Assembly: GCA_951406725.2 (NCBI GenBank)
Contig: OX597824.1
Location: 13,454,001-13,518,000, forward strand
Direction: 5' to 3'
Length of the DNA stretch: 64,000 nt
From: Octopus vulgaris
Taxonomy: Eukaryota
Positions within the stretch are counted from its first letter, which is position 1. Each line of letters starts with the position of its first letter. Made by a program: the position numbers and the translations under genes. This document shows positions 1 through 11,203 of the stretch, piece after piece. The notes beneath the pieces were generated by a model. It did not search any database and was not told the DNA's origin. It saw only the letters and a list, made by a program, of their open reading frames with translations.

Positions 1-1042
1 GATGATTGTCCTCCGTGTTAGACAAAAAAACAAGCCACAGAGTTGTGATTCTCTCTCTCACTCTCTCACGTCTTACATATACACGCACATGCAAATTATA
101 TAAATACGTACACAAACACAGATATATTTGTATTTAATAGGGTTCTCCAAGATTTCATTTTGCGAATTTTTTCTCATAAAGTTTTTCCGATACAAAGCTC
201 TAATACAATAAAAAACTTGCCTTAGTGAGATCGAATCCAGAACGAAGTTGTTGCGAAGCCAACTACTTAACCATACATCGTCAAGGCTACAAATACAAAC
301 TATTCCTATTTCATTATTAATTGTTCAGCGTGATCAGCTTTTGGAATTGTATTGTTCGTAATGTGGCACCATATTGAGATACAAATACTGCTAGACTGTC
401 GCTAATGTTTTTACAATCTTCATCGTGGTCGGCAGCGGCGTTGTAGTAGTCTCATTATTTTCAGATTTATTCTTGAATTATTTATATAGTGTCAGATTTG
501 CTTTTAAGATTATTACTTTAACAGCTTTTTAGATTTACCGTTTCTATACACACAGAAAATGTCCATTTATATTGATGTCTTCAGGTAAAAAATGAAATAA
601 TTCAATTCTTTTATTAGAAAATACCTAAGTAAAATAATATATATTAAACAAAATAGACTGACAATAATACATAAGAACAGAGCAAAATTAAATTTTTGAG
701 AACTTGTCCTAAATAAAGTGATTCTGTAAAATATTACAAATTGTTACAATTACTATTTCTTAGACATTCAAAGATCACAAAATGTATAGGGAAGTGGAAA
801 GAGGGACGACGAGATAATCATACGTTTCCCAAGAATATAAACTCGGTGAGTCAAGATTATATGCATAATTGGGAATGATATATTTGTCTATAATGAATGG
901 AGAGATTTTTCTGCACATATAAAGTTGAACTAGACATAATATCGTTTTTTTTTGTTAAGTCTTCCAAGATAGGGGAAGAAATGGAGAATTCATTTTAACC
1001 TAAGCTTTAAAAGCTTTGAAAGGCAGAGGTCACAGGCAAAAT

Positions 1043-1077
<35 letters not shown>

Positions 1078-1867
1078 GTACACGAATATATCTTTGCTTT
1101 CTATTTGACTCAATCATAGGACGGCGACAATCGCTCTGTTTCTGGAGCGATTGGGGACAAACACAGACACTACGACACACTCACACACGTATACACATAT
1201 ATAATACAAATATAATATGTACATATGTATATACGATGGGCTTCCACACAGTTTCCGTTTACTAATTTAACTGACAAAGCATTGGTCGTCTCGCGGCTGT
1301 TGCAGAAGGCATTTGCCCAAGGTTCCGAGGAGTGGGGCTGAAAGCGAAAACTTTCTTTTGCAAAGTGAGCTTCTTAGACACACATCAGCAAAACTAGGAG
1401 ATAAAATTACTGAATACACGAAATCAATTTAAAATTGTATTGATATGCTCTGAAGTATAAAATTAGGGTAATACAATTTCAACCTATAGAGCAGTGCCTC
1501 CCATGGCGGGGATTACTTTAGAAACAAGCGTGAGTAAGAAACAATAAAGCTGGAAAATTGTTTTTAATAACTTCTTTGGATATGTGTATGTATAAAATCT
1601 TAGGGCGTGGGAAAAAATTGACAAAAGCTATTTTAAAGAGATAATATAGATTTAATAGACGTAACTCGATTTCTATACGAGTGACATTCAGGCCATTACA
1701 TATCACACAGTAACCTGTGAAATAGAAAGCAAAGATATATGTGTGTATACACAGTAACCTGAATCGAAACAGATGCAGTAGAAAAAAAAATTTAAACTGC
1801 TATTTGGGAAAATTAATAAAAAAGAAAGGATAGTTTGTTCCATAACGTGTGCTACTAGGTTTATAGT

Positions 1868-2203
1868 GGATGGTGGAAGCACTCCGTCGGTTACGACGAT
1901 GAGGGTTCCGGTTGATCCGATCAACGGAACAGCCTGCTCGTGAAATTAACGTGTAAGTGGCTGAGCACTCTACAGACACAAGGCCGGCCCTTTGAAATAC
2001 AGGTACAACAGAAACAGGAAGTAAGAGTGAGAGAAAGTTGTGGTGAAAGAGTACAGCAGGGATCACCACAATCCCCTGCCGGAGCCTCGTGGAGCTTTAG
2101 GTATTTTCGCTCAATAAACACTCACAACGCCCGGTCTGGGAATCGAAACCGCGATCCTACGACCGCGAGTCCGCTGCCCTAACCACTGGGCCATTGCGCC
2201 TCC
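1868..2203 (-). mobile_element. SINE family C (tRNA-Arg-like head, possibly octopus OR1/OR2-type), internally deleted copy
   Basis: The minus strand begins GGAGGCGCAATGGCCCAGTGGTTAGGGCAGCGGACTCGCGGTC, with an A box and a B-box-like GGTTTCGATTCCC. A 14-bp TSD ACTAGGTTTATAGT lies at 1854-1867 and 2204-2217. Homologous copies occur at 46612 and 51699. The family name is from memory and unverified. Confidence 0.9.
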
Positions 2204-2405
2204 ACTAGGTTTATAGTATGCAATCGAGAACACCAGCTTGACTGATCCACAGGTATTTCACTGTAATGGATAAAGGATCAAACTTACTGTTGAGCAAGTG
2301 TATGTATGTATGCATACAGTTCTATATTTAAGAGATGAGGACTTATGTACATTATTTACATTATTTACATTTGATGGATATTTTGTCATTATCTTGTTTG
2401 TTGTT

Positions 2406-2451
2406 AACACAACGTTTCGGCTGATATATCCTCCAGCTTTCATCAGGTATC
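2406..2451 (-). ncRNA. Minimal type I hammerhead motif, second arm, slightly mutated
   Basis: The reverse complement reads GATAC-CTGATGA-A-AGCTGG(aggatata)TCAGCC-GAAACGTT-GTGTT. The first pair of stem II is mismatched. Confidence 0.55.
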
Positions 2452-2509
2452 TTGGGGAAATTTCGAAAAATACCTTAGGATTGAGAACCCAGGTTCGAAA
2501 TTTCCCCAA

Positions 2510-2555
2510 GACACCTGATGAAGGCTGGAGCGTATACCAGCCGAAACGTTGTGTT
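2510..2555 (+). ncRNA. Minimal type I hammerhead ribozyme motif
   Basis: GACAC-CTGATGA-A-GGCTGG(agcgtata)CCAGCC-GAAA-CG-TT-GTGTT: intact core, 6-bp stem II, stem I GACAC/GTGTT, and palindromic AACGTT in place of stem III (dimer-type). Confidence 0.7.
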
Positions 2556-3011
2556 AACAACGAACAAGATGTGGACAAATATCCGCCAAATGTAAATAAT
2601 GTAAATAATGTATGTATGCATGTATCTGTATAAATACGTATGTATATATGTATGTATACAGACACATACACACACTCACACATACCCACGCATTCACACA
2701 CAGACGCATACAGACGCACGCGCACTTGGACACACACATACACACATCTACATAAATTGAAAACTATCTCTGTATATATGTATCCGTGTCAATATCTGTC
2801 TTTATATGGGTGTGTGTCCGTGTATGTGTATGTGTGTGTGGAGAGAGGGAGAGAGAGAAAGGAAACTTATGTCCAAGCTATACAATATATGAATAACATG
2901 TAATGTACACTCCATCAATCCACTGGGACACAACTGTGTTTCTGCAAACTGGTGTTGTCTTCACGAATATAACCATTTTTCACCAACACAATTAAGTCTC
3001 AGTAAAACATA

Positions 3012-3246
3012 TACATTTCTTTACTACCCACAAGGGGCTGAACACAGAGGGGACAAACAAGGACAGACAAAGGGATTAAGTCGATTACATCGACCCCAGT
3101 GCGTAACTGGTACTTAATTTATCGACCCCGAAAGGATGAAAGGCAAAGTCGACCTCGGCGGAATTTGAACCCAGAACACTTAACGGCAGACGAAATACGG
3201 CTACGCATTTCGCCCGGCGTGCTAACGATTCTGCCAGCTCGCCGCC
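3012..3246 (-). mobile_element. SINE family B (tail variant B1), full-length copy
   Basis: Minus strand GGCGGCGAGCTGGCAGAATCGTTAG...GGTTCAAATTCC...GCCTTTCATCCTTTCGGGGTCGATAAA...GTAAAGAAAT. A 19-bp TSD TAAGTCTCAGTAAAACATA lies at 2993-3011 and 3247-3265. Many homologues occur in the window. Confidence 0.9.
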
Positions 3247-4031
3247 TAAGTCTCAGTAAAACATAGTTTATTTCAACATAGATGCTTCGTGTTGTATTAT
3301 GATGCTCTTATTTTTCCATCTTACATCACGAGGTATTATCCTAATTCTATCCTGGATTATGGTGCGCTTCGCTGGAATCGTAATTAAAGATGCATGCCTG
3401 CTGTAACACGAGAAAATGCATAAGAACACAGCGCGCAAGCACACGCATAAACACACACAAACTCTCACGCTATCTCTTTCTTTTTGTCTCTCACTCTCTC
3501 CTTCACTCTCACACACACAAACTCTCACTCTATCTCTTTCTTTTTCTCTCTCTCCCTCTCCTTCACTCACATACACACACTACAGATATGTATAAAAACG
3601 ATTTATACATTAAAACACACACAAATACATATATGAACGTTATAACGTTTTTGTCTCGCACCACCATAACTTTTTTGCCATCAACTCTTCGTCTTTCAAA
3701 CCAGGAACAATGATATTGTTTCTCCTGATAGCAAAATAACAGCCATTAAATAAAATATTGCATATTATAAACCCAGCGCCTATTATCAGAAAATTATACT
3801 GTGATTTTTATGATGTGAAAGAGGCTTTTTTCAATAAACGTATAATTTATTTATTTATATATCTATTTTGTCTTTAGATATTAGAAGACATTCATGTTGG
3901 CACACGTGCTTCAAGTCTACTAGTTTATCATATCGACCGGAGTGTTTGTCTATTTTTTATGCATCACCTTCTATCATATAAACATACATAATACATATAA
4001 ATATGTGTGTATACGTGTGTATGTCTCTCTC

Positions 4032-4084
<53 letters not shown>

Positions 4085-5182
4085 TATATAGTATATATTA
4101 TTATAAAAGTTGCAAAATTATCACAGACTTCTTGCTCAGATTTTCACGTCCCCGTCCATCGGACGGTTGTGATTAGTACTGAATTAAAATCGTGATTATC
4201 TATGTAATGTAATGTGATGTGATATAATTCAAATATACGAATAAGCATTTACATTTGATTGGTTGGCAGGTTTTCAAAACATGACAGTGTAAATTTCGTT
4301 ACAAGTTGGGTGGCAGGGGGTATTCTCAAAAAGTGTGACACTTTTTACCCAGAGGGTTTCTAATCGTATTCTTTGCACGCTGTTACTTATAATTTGATTT
4401 ATTTCGATTTCCTACATTAAAATGATTTATTTCATGTTTCTGAAAATTTCTAAATACATATGACATTGATAACATGTATGTATGTATGTATGTATGTATG
4501 TATGTATGTATGTATGTATGTATGTATGTATGTATGTCATTGTTCAGTTTTCTTTCAAGATTTCTTGCAACTAGAGAAAGAGCCGGTTTCTAACCTAGAT
4601 CCTAGGTTCCGTCATTGGAATTTCAACATCAACAACAGAATATTTTTGTTTGTATACATGTATGAATGTATTTATATGTGCAGATTTGTATGCTTTGTTT
4701 TATGTATGTATTCTCATGCATATACTTGCATATCTAGACATGCTCATGTATATCTAAATGATAAACTTCTTGAAAGTTTTACAGATTTTTACAGTTCCAG
4801 TGATGGATTGGATCTGTAGTCTTCGAATTAGCTTTCTCCTTTCTGGTTTTGAGAAGCCTATTTTCTCAAGACTGGTATTTAGGCAGTGTGATACATGTCT
4901 CATATATATGTATGTATGTATGTATGTATGTCTGCATCCATGCATATATATATGTATGTAAGTGCGTTTGTATGTGTGTGTGTATGTAAGTATGTTTGTG
5001 CGTGTATATATGTATGTATCTAGGTGCATTGCGAAAGTCGGCATAACTTGGAACTGCACGCATATTGCGTCAAGTACTGTCTGTCTGAGGTCCTTGTTGT
5101 GACTTGACAGACAGAACAAACAATCGGTAGACACAATATTTTCAATCAAGAACTTTACGATATTGTATAGTGTGAGACCTCT

Positions 5183-5213
<31 letters not shown>

Positions 5214-5419
5214 CTATCTATTAAAGGCACAAGCCCTGAAATTGGGGAGGGAGTCCCCAGTGCAAAGCTAGCATACATCGAACCCAGTACACAACTAATA
5301 TTTATTTCAACAACACCAAAAGAATAAAAGTCGACCTCGTCGGAATCTGGGCTCAGACTGCATCTGTGTGTATGTGTCTGTGCGCGTATATATTTGAATA
5401 TGTATTTATGCGTGTGAAC

Positions 5420-5461
<42 letters not shown>

Positions 5462-6260
5462 GTGTGTGTCTGTATATTCGCAGATGTATGTATATATATA
5501 TATATATATATACACGTGCATGTGTGTATATGTATGTATATATGTAAGACTTTCTGTTTCCTCTAAAGCGTCAACCCAATACAGTATTTTTTAAACCTCG
5601 TCCCTCTTGACATTTGGTTAAGCATAAATACGTGTCGGGGTTGTGTGTCGATGTGAATGGGTGTATGTCTCTTAACTATAATGCGAAATAGCTTTATTGT
5701 TAATAATGCTCAGGAGGAAGTCTTTTATTTTCTTCGTCCTACACTTCACACATTACATTTGCCAGCGTATACTGCTATACAGTGATCTCGGCAGTGTGGA
5801 AGCTGGTAAGGACAGCTAGATACAAGATATTCAATGAGAATAATAATTGTCAGGGATTGTCTTCCGATTATGACTAAAAAATATTTTAGGAATATCTTAA
5901 ACAATATCTTTTTCCTAAGCTTTCAGTGACACATCTCCCAAGACTTTAGCTATGTCTGTGTCTTTACAATTTCATAATAGAACACGCAGACCATAGTTTA
6001 GACCTCATGTAACTCGTATTTATGTGTGCGTGTCAGTATAAAAGGAAACGTGTTTGTGTGTTAGGAAGTAAATGTATGAATCAATATAACAATTGACAAA
6101 ACCCACTGAAGGTTGTTCAATGTCTGTAACTTCTAATGGGAAGAGGTACACACAACGGAACATTTCCAAAGAATATGACTTTATACTAGAGTCGACTTGA
6201 CTGGTAGTCTTTTTGTAGGCGGTCGGGAGGTATATATGCACGAACATACATGTCTGTCTG

Positions 6261-6315
<55 letters not shown>

Positions 6316-6376
6316 GCCAATCTATCTATTTATATATCTGTCTGTTTACTTTCTTCTCTAAGTATCAACCTTTGTG

Positions 6377-6446
<70 letters not shown>

Positions 6447-6694
6447 TATTTATATATATATGTATGTATATATGTATGTATATATATATATATATGTGTG
6501 TGTGTGTATGTATATATGTATGTATATATATATATATATGTGTGTGTGTGTATATATATATGTATGTATGTATATATATATAGTGTGTGTGTGTATAGAT
6601 ATATATATGTATATATATGTATATAGTTCTATACTTAGGTATATTTGTGTGAGCGTGTGTGCGTATACTTTGAAACGTATGTACATATCAATGC

Positions 6695-6731
<37 letters not shown>

Positions 6732-6951
6732 CGAGATAATGGTGTTATTGAGACCCAAAGGTATCAGGCAATGCTGAATAAGCGCTATAGACAGACCATA
6801 GTTAAATTCCAGATTCGGTAATATTGCGAATAAAGGGGTCACCGTTGGTTCTTATTAATTAATATCCTTGAAACAGCTGTAAGACCTTCTATCTATAAAT
6901 ACTCTAATATCTATACACCCTTGGTATTTTTATCTTATTACGCAAAAAATT

Positions 6952-7017
<66 letters not shown>

Positions 7018-7089
7018 TCCTCGGTAGTATAGTGGTAAGTATCCCCGCCTGTCAAGCGGGAGACCGGGGTTCGATTCCCCGCCGGGGAG
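7018..7089 (+). tRNA. trnD-GTC: tRNA-Asp(GTC), intact cloverleaf, probably a retroposed copy fused to a LINE tail
   Basis: Acceptor stem TCCTCGG/CCGGGGA plus discriminator G. Anticodon arm CCCGC-CT-GTC-AA-GCGGG (GTC at 7051-7053). T arm CGGGG-TTCGATT-CCCCG. No encoded CCA and only TTT downstream. Confidence 0.93.
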
Positions 7090-7102
7090 GCATGTTACTT
7101 TA

Positions 7103-7161
7103 CCAGGTGGTGCTATTAAGTTAGGCATGGCCTGGGCCAATAATGGCCGAAACCTATCAAA

Positions 7162-7162
<1 letters not shown>
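7103..7162 (+). mobile_element. CR1-group LINE 3' UTR tail attached to tRNA-Asp
   Basis: CCAGGTGGTGCTATTAAGTTAGGCATGGCCTGGGCCAATAATGGCCGAAACCT closely matches 34182-34234, which follows a LINE ORF2 stop codon. Confidence 0.85.
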
Positions 7163-7226
<64 letters not shown>

Positions 7227-7716
7227 GTATGTATAAATATGCATATCTATATTCATACCCACACACACATAGATAGACATATGCACACACAAACACATAC
7301 ACATACGCACACAGATACACACCACACCCACACATGATATCTTTATTTGCTGAAAGGTTTTACAATCTGAGAAAGTGGTGGGAACCGACTAATATGTCTA
7401 TTAATTCAGAATGAATTACGCTATTTCGTAAGCAAAATCGGCACAAAGTACATAAAATGGTCTCACCGCACGATTTCCCACTTGCTATGCGCTACTTTCT
7501 CTAGGGATGATCGTAAAGAAACTGAATGGAATTGTATAGGACTTTTTTTAATTTTCAATGTTACTTCCTATCGTTTCTATGTATTATGTCATTCTTAGTA
7601 CTACTGGTAACATGTGCCCTGGCGTCTGGTCGGGCCGTAGGCAACTAAACCGTGGTGCTCACGTTTAGGAAAGCAGTCAAGACAATGGCATTGCTCGAAA
7701 TCGATTTCCAGCCGTC

Positions 7717-7890
7717 ATGTATGTATGTATGTATGTATGTATGTATGTATGTATGTATGTATGTATGTATGTATGTATGTATGTATGTATGTATGTATGT
7801 ATGTATGTATGTATGTATGTATGTATGTATGTATGTATGTATGTATGGATGGATGGATGGATGGATGGATGGATGGATGGATGGGTGGGT

Positions 7891-7928
<38 letters not shown>

Positions 7929-8175
7929 ATGTATGTATGTATGTATGTATGTATGTATGGATGGATGGATTGATAGATGTATGCATGTATGTATGTATGT
8001 ATGGATGTGTGTATGGATGGATGTATGTATGTATGTATGTATGTATGTATGTATGTATGTATGTATGTATGCATGCATGCATGCATGTATGTATGTATGT
8101 ATGTATGTATGTATGCATGCATGGATGGATGGATGGATGGGTGGGTGTGTGTGTGTATGTATGTATGTGTGCATG
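7717..8175. repeat. Compound (TATG)n/(GATG)n/(TG)n microsatellite
   Basis: Directly visible; source of the spurious MYVC and HTYI ORFs. Confidence 0.95.
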
Positions 8176-8254
8176 TGTTCATGTCAAGGTAATACATCCT
8201 TTGTGCACGTCCTTTTGTGTGTTAATTTTTATTTGTTTGTTTCAATTACCTAAA

Positions 8255-8282
<28 letters not shown>

Positions 8283-8286
<4 letters not shown>

Positions 8287-8685
8287 TTTATTATCTCCCC
8301 TTCTTCCTAGCTCTCCTGTCCAAATACCTCTTTTTCCAACCAGTCGCCATGATTGACCGCTACAACCACATGTTATTCTTTTATTCTCTCTCTGTTTATT
8401 TCCTCGTGTTCCTTTCCCTTGAAGAGCGTAGCCTCGAGACATAAAAGCGTAAAAGACTTTCTCACTTTCACGAGAATCAAACTAATACACCTGCTTGTTA
8501 TTTTTACACCTGTCTTCTTCTTTTGTTTTATGTAAATTTCAACCAGCTGACAACTGATGAAGGGTCGTTCTTTATGTTACTTGTCCTGCTTTCCATTTGT
8601 TTCTCTCGCTGTTTGCGTATTGATCTCATTTGTTTTCGTATTTCATGTTGTTTACTGTTGGTGACGTCCTGTACCCATATATGCG
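8283..8685 (+). mobile_element. Repeat with degenerate hammerhead-like motif (Penelope-like terminus); related to 10061-10421 and 40962-41142
   Basis: Colinear with 10061-10421. Motif CCTTTCCCTTGAAGAGCGTAGCCTCGAGACATAAAAG at 8411-8447. Confidence 0.6.
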
Positions 8686-9008
8686 TATATATATATATAT
8701 ATTTATTCATGAATATACTATGAATGTGTATGTATGATTGTGATTATTTATGTGCGTGTGCATGTTTGTGTGTGTGTGTGTCTGTGTGTATATATACAAA
8801 TGCAAGCATATGTAATATATATGTATACATATGTACATATATACTCGTACACACATACGACTATATACAAACCCAAACATGTACGGGCATAATTTTATAT
8901 ATACTTCATGCGTATTGAGTAACTATAAACGAACGTTATATCACACTCATACACATGCAAAAGAAAAAAACAAGCATAAATACACACACATACACATAAT
9001 CTTACCTG

Positions 9009-9205
9009 TCATCATCATCATCATTTTTCGACCGTGGTCGAGACAATGGAATTTACCATGCTACGCCAGACTTCACGGTCCATCATGGCATTACGGAGGT
9101 CCTGTTGCTAGATACCTGTATCCCTGGAGATTACATCAGGGTAGGAGAGTGTGCGCCCTCTGGTGTTGCGAGTAGATGGCTTCCAGAGGAGAAGAGTAGG
9201 AATTC
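9009..9205 (-). mobile_element. RTE-clade LINE 3' end, 5'-truncated
   Basis: My minus-strand translation IPTLLLWKPSTRNTRGRTLSYPDVISRDTGI*QQDLRNAMMDREVWRSMVNSIVSTTVEK* matches the RTE C-terminal pattern (LLW.P...RGR...DR..WR). It is followed by a (GAT)n tail. Confidence 0.8.
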
Positions 9206-10060
9206 TTTAGTACTTGGTTGTACATTGCTTTCCAATGTGTGTAGTAGTGGCGCGCGCACACATTATTAGCCATTTGAAAAGACTATGGAATTTACAATTT
9301 ACAATCTTACCTGTAATTACATACATATGTATACAATTTAACTTAGCAACACGTTTTGTGATCTGTATTCCTTGTCTCCATATTTTCGCTAGCAATCTAT
9401 CAATGTGTATATTTATTATACCATACCTATACCAAGAGAGAGAGAGAGACATACTTAGAATGATTTTCGTTGCATTGAATACGTTTCAGTTGAAATCTCT
9501 CAAACTTTTTAACAAAACAAGTTCATATTTCTTATCTTACCTCAAAGTTAATCTCTACAGTAAAAAGAAAAAGAAATAAAGAATTGATGTGCTGTCCTAC
9601 TTAATTTTATCTTTATCTTTAACTTATAAAATGGCACCTGTTGATAGTTCGATAGTTTAACCAACTTGACATTATCAAAATATATTCACGTTGAGATAAC
9701 AAATATATTGGTGTTATATACACCGGTCGTACACTAAATAGGAAATGCATTCGATTTCATGCAAATACAACATTTAAAACAAATATTTGCTGCACAGGTA
9801 CACCATCGATTTTCAAGTAATTGATGGCCAGGTAAATCATATAATCTTTATATTTCTTGCGATCATTACCAATGACTTTCTTTGACCAACCTTCATGCCT
9901 CAGATATGTTTATTCACTAGTAACATAGAGAGGTCGTCATAGCTGTGTGGATAAGTAGTTCGCTTTGCAACCACGCGGAATCATGTTCAATGCTAGCGCG
10001 AAGTATACCGCTTGACAACCAGTGTTGGTTTGTTCACGCCTATGTAACCTTAACATCACA

Positions 10061-10163
10061 TATATACTTTATTATCTCCCCTTATTCCTAGCTCTCCTGT
10101 CCAACTACCTTTTTCTAATCAGTCGCCATGATTGACCGCTAAATTCACAAGTTATTTCTTTTT

Positions 10164-10197
<34 letters not shown>

Positions 10198-10421
10198 CTC
10201 TCTTTATTTCCTCGTGTTCCTTTCTGTTGCAGACCGTAGTCTCGAAACGTAAAAGACTTTCACACCTTCCCGAGCATCAGACTAATACTCCTGCTTGTTG
10301 TTTATACACCTGTCTTGGTCCTTTGTTTTTCTGTAAATTTCAACTAGCAGACAAATGATGAAGGGTCGTTCTTTATGTTACTTGTTCCGTTTTCCATTTG
10401 TTTCTCTCGTTGTTTGCGTAT
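10061..10421 (+). mobile_element. Second copy of the 8283 repeat, inserted in a family A SINE and flanked by a 38-bp direct duplication
   Basis: Duplication TGTTGGTTTGTTCACG..TAACCTTAACATCACA at 10023-10060 and 10422-10459. Hammerhead-like motif at 10219-10255. Confidence 0.75.
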
Positions 10422-10648
10422 TGTTGGTTTGTTCACGTCCACGTAACCTTAACATCACAGTTCGACACAATAAACCGATAGAGTAAACACCAAACTTGAA
10501 AAGTTACAACTGGGTTCGATTTGTTTGACTAAACCATTTAGGGTTGTGTTCCAGCATGGCCAAACACATAACAGGTATCTTGAATGTAGAAACACTGTCT
10601 CTATGTATATACAAAAAGTAAAGACGCAAAAATTTTAAGCTAAATCCA

Positions 10649-11203
10649 TGTGGGTAGTAAAGAAATAGGTATTTCGTCTGCCGTTACGTTCTGAGTTGAA
10701 ATTCCTCCGAGTTCGACTTTGCCTTTCATCCTTTCGGAGTCGATTAAGTAAGTACCAGTTACGCACTGGGGTCGATAAAAGCGACTTAATCCGTTTGTCT
10801 CTCCTTGTTTGTCCTCTCTGTGTTTAGCCCCTTGTGGGTAGTAAAGAAATAGGTATTTCGTCTGTCTTTATGTTCTGAGTTCAAATTCCACCGAGGTCGA
10901 CTTTGCCTTTCATCCTCTCGCGGTCGATGAAATAAGTACCAGTTACGCACTGGGGTCGATAAAATCGACTCAATCCGTTTGTCTGTCCTTGTTTGTCCTC
11001 TCTGTGTTTAGCCCCTTGTGGGTAGTAAAGAAATAGGTATTTCGTCTGTTTTCATGTTCTGAGTTCAAATTCCGCCGAGGTTGACTTTGCTTTCTATCCT
11101 TTCGGGGTCGATAAATTAAGTACGAGTTGCGTAATGGGGTCGATCTAACCGACTGTACCCCTCCCCCAAAATTTCAGGCCTTGTGCCTAGAGTAGAAAAG
11201 AAT
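10649..11203 (+). mobile_element. Tandem array of SINE B units (B1, B1, terminal B2)
   Basis: ~185-bp units joined at GTAAAGAAATA|GGTATTTCGTCTG three times. The last unit has the alternative tail CCCCAAAATTTCAGGCCTTGTGCC. Confidence 0.85.

Larger units (their letters stand above)
2348..2612. repeat. ~265-bp palindrome (arms ~120 bp, 26-nt spacer) with a hammerhead motif in each arm; probable Penelope-like element terminus
   Basis: 2348-2467 is the near-perfect reverse complement of 2494-2612. Confidence 0.9.
6258..7220. repeat. Compound (TATC)n/(TA)n/(TG)n microsatellite with inserted fragments
   Basis: Directly visible. It hosts an insert at ~6732-6953 and the tRNA chimera. Confidence 0.9.

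Noticed and set aside
7018-7089. An ordinary functional tRNA-Asp gene
   Set aside because: Not excluded, but flanks of pure (TA)n, the lack of a T4 terminator and the attached LINE tail favour a retroposed chimera.
6250-8356. Long ORFs such as MYVCMYVC, YIYIYI and HTYIHT (also at 13295-13986, 25702-26154, 30839-31310 and 43442-44114)
   Set aside because: They are translations of stop-free microsatellites with no protein-like content.
8545-8600. CTGATGAAGGG as a hammerhead core
   Set aside because: No GAAA half or stem II closure nearby.
10649-11203. CRISPR-like or satellite array
   Set aside because: The units are ~185-bp SINE bodies with no unique spacers, in a eukaryotic context.
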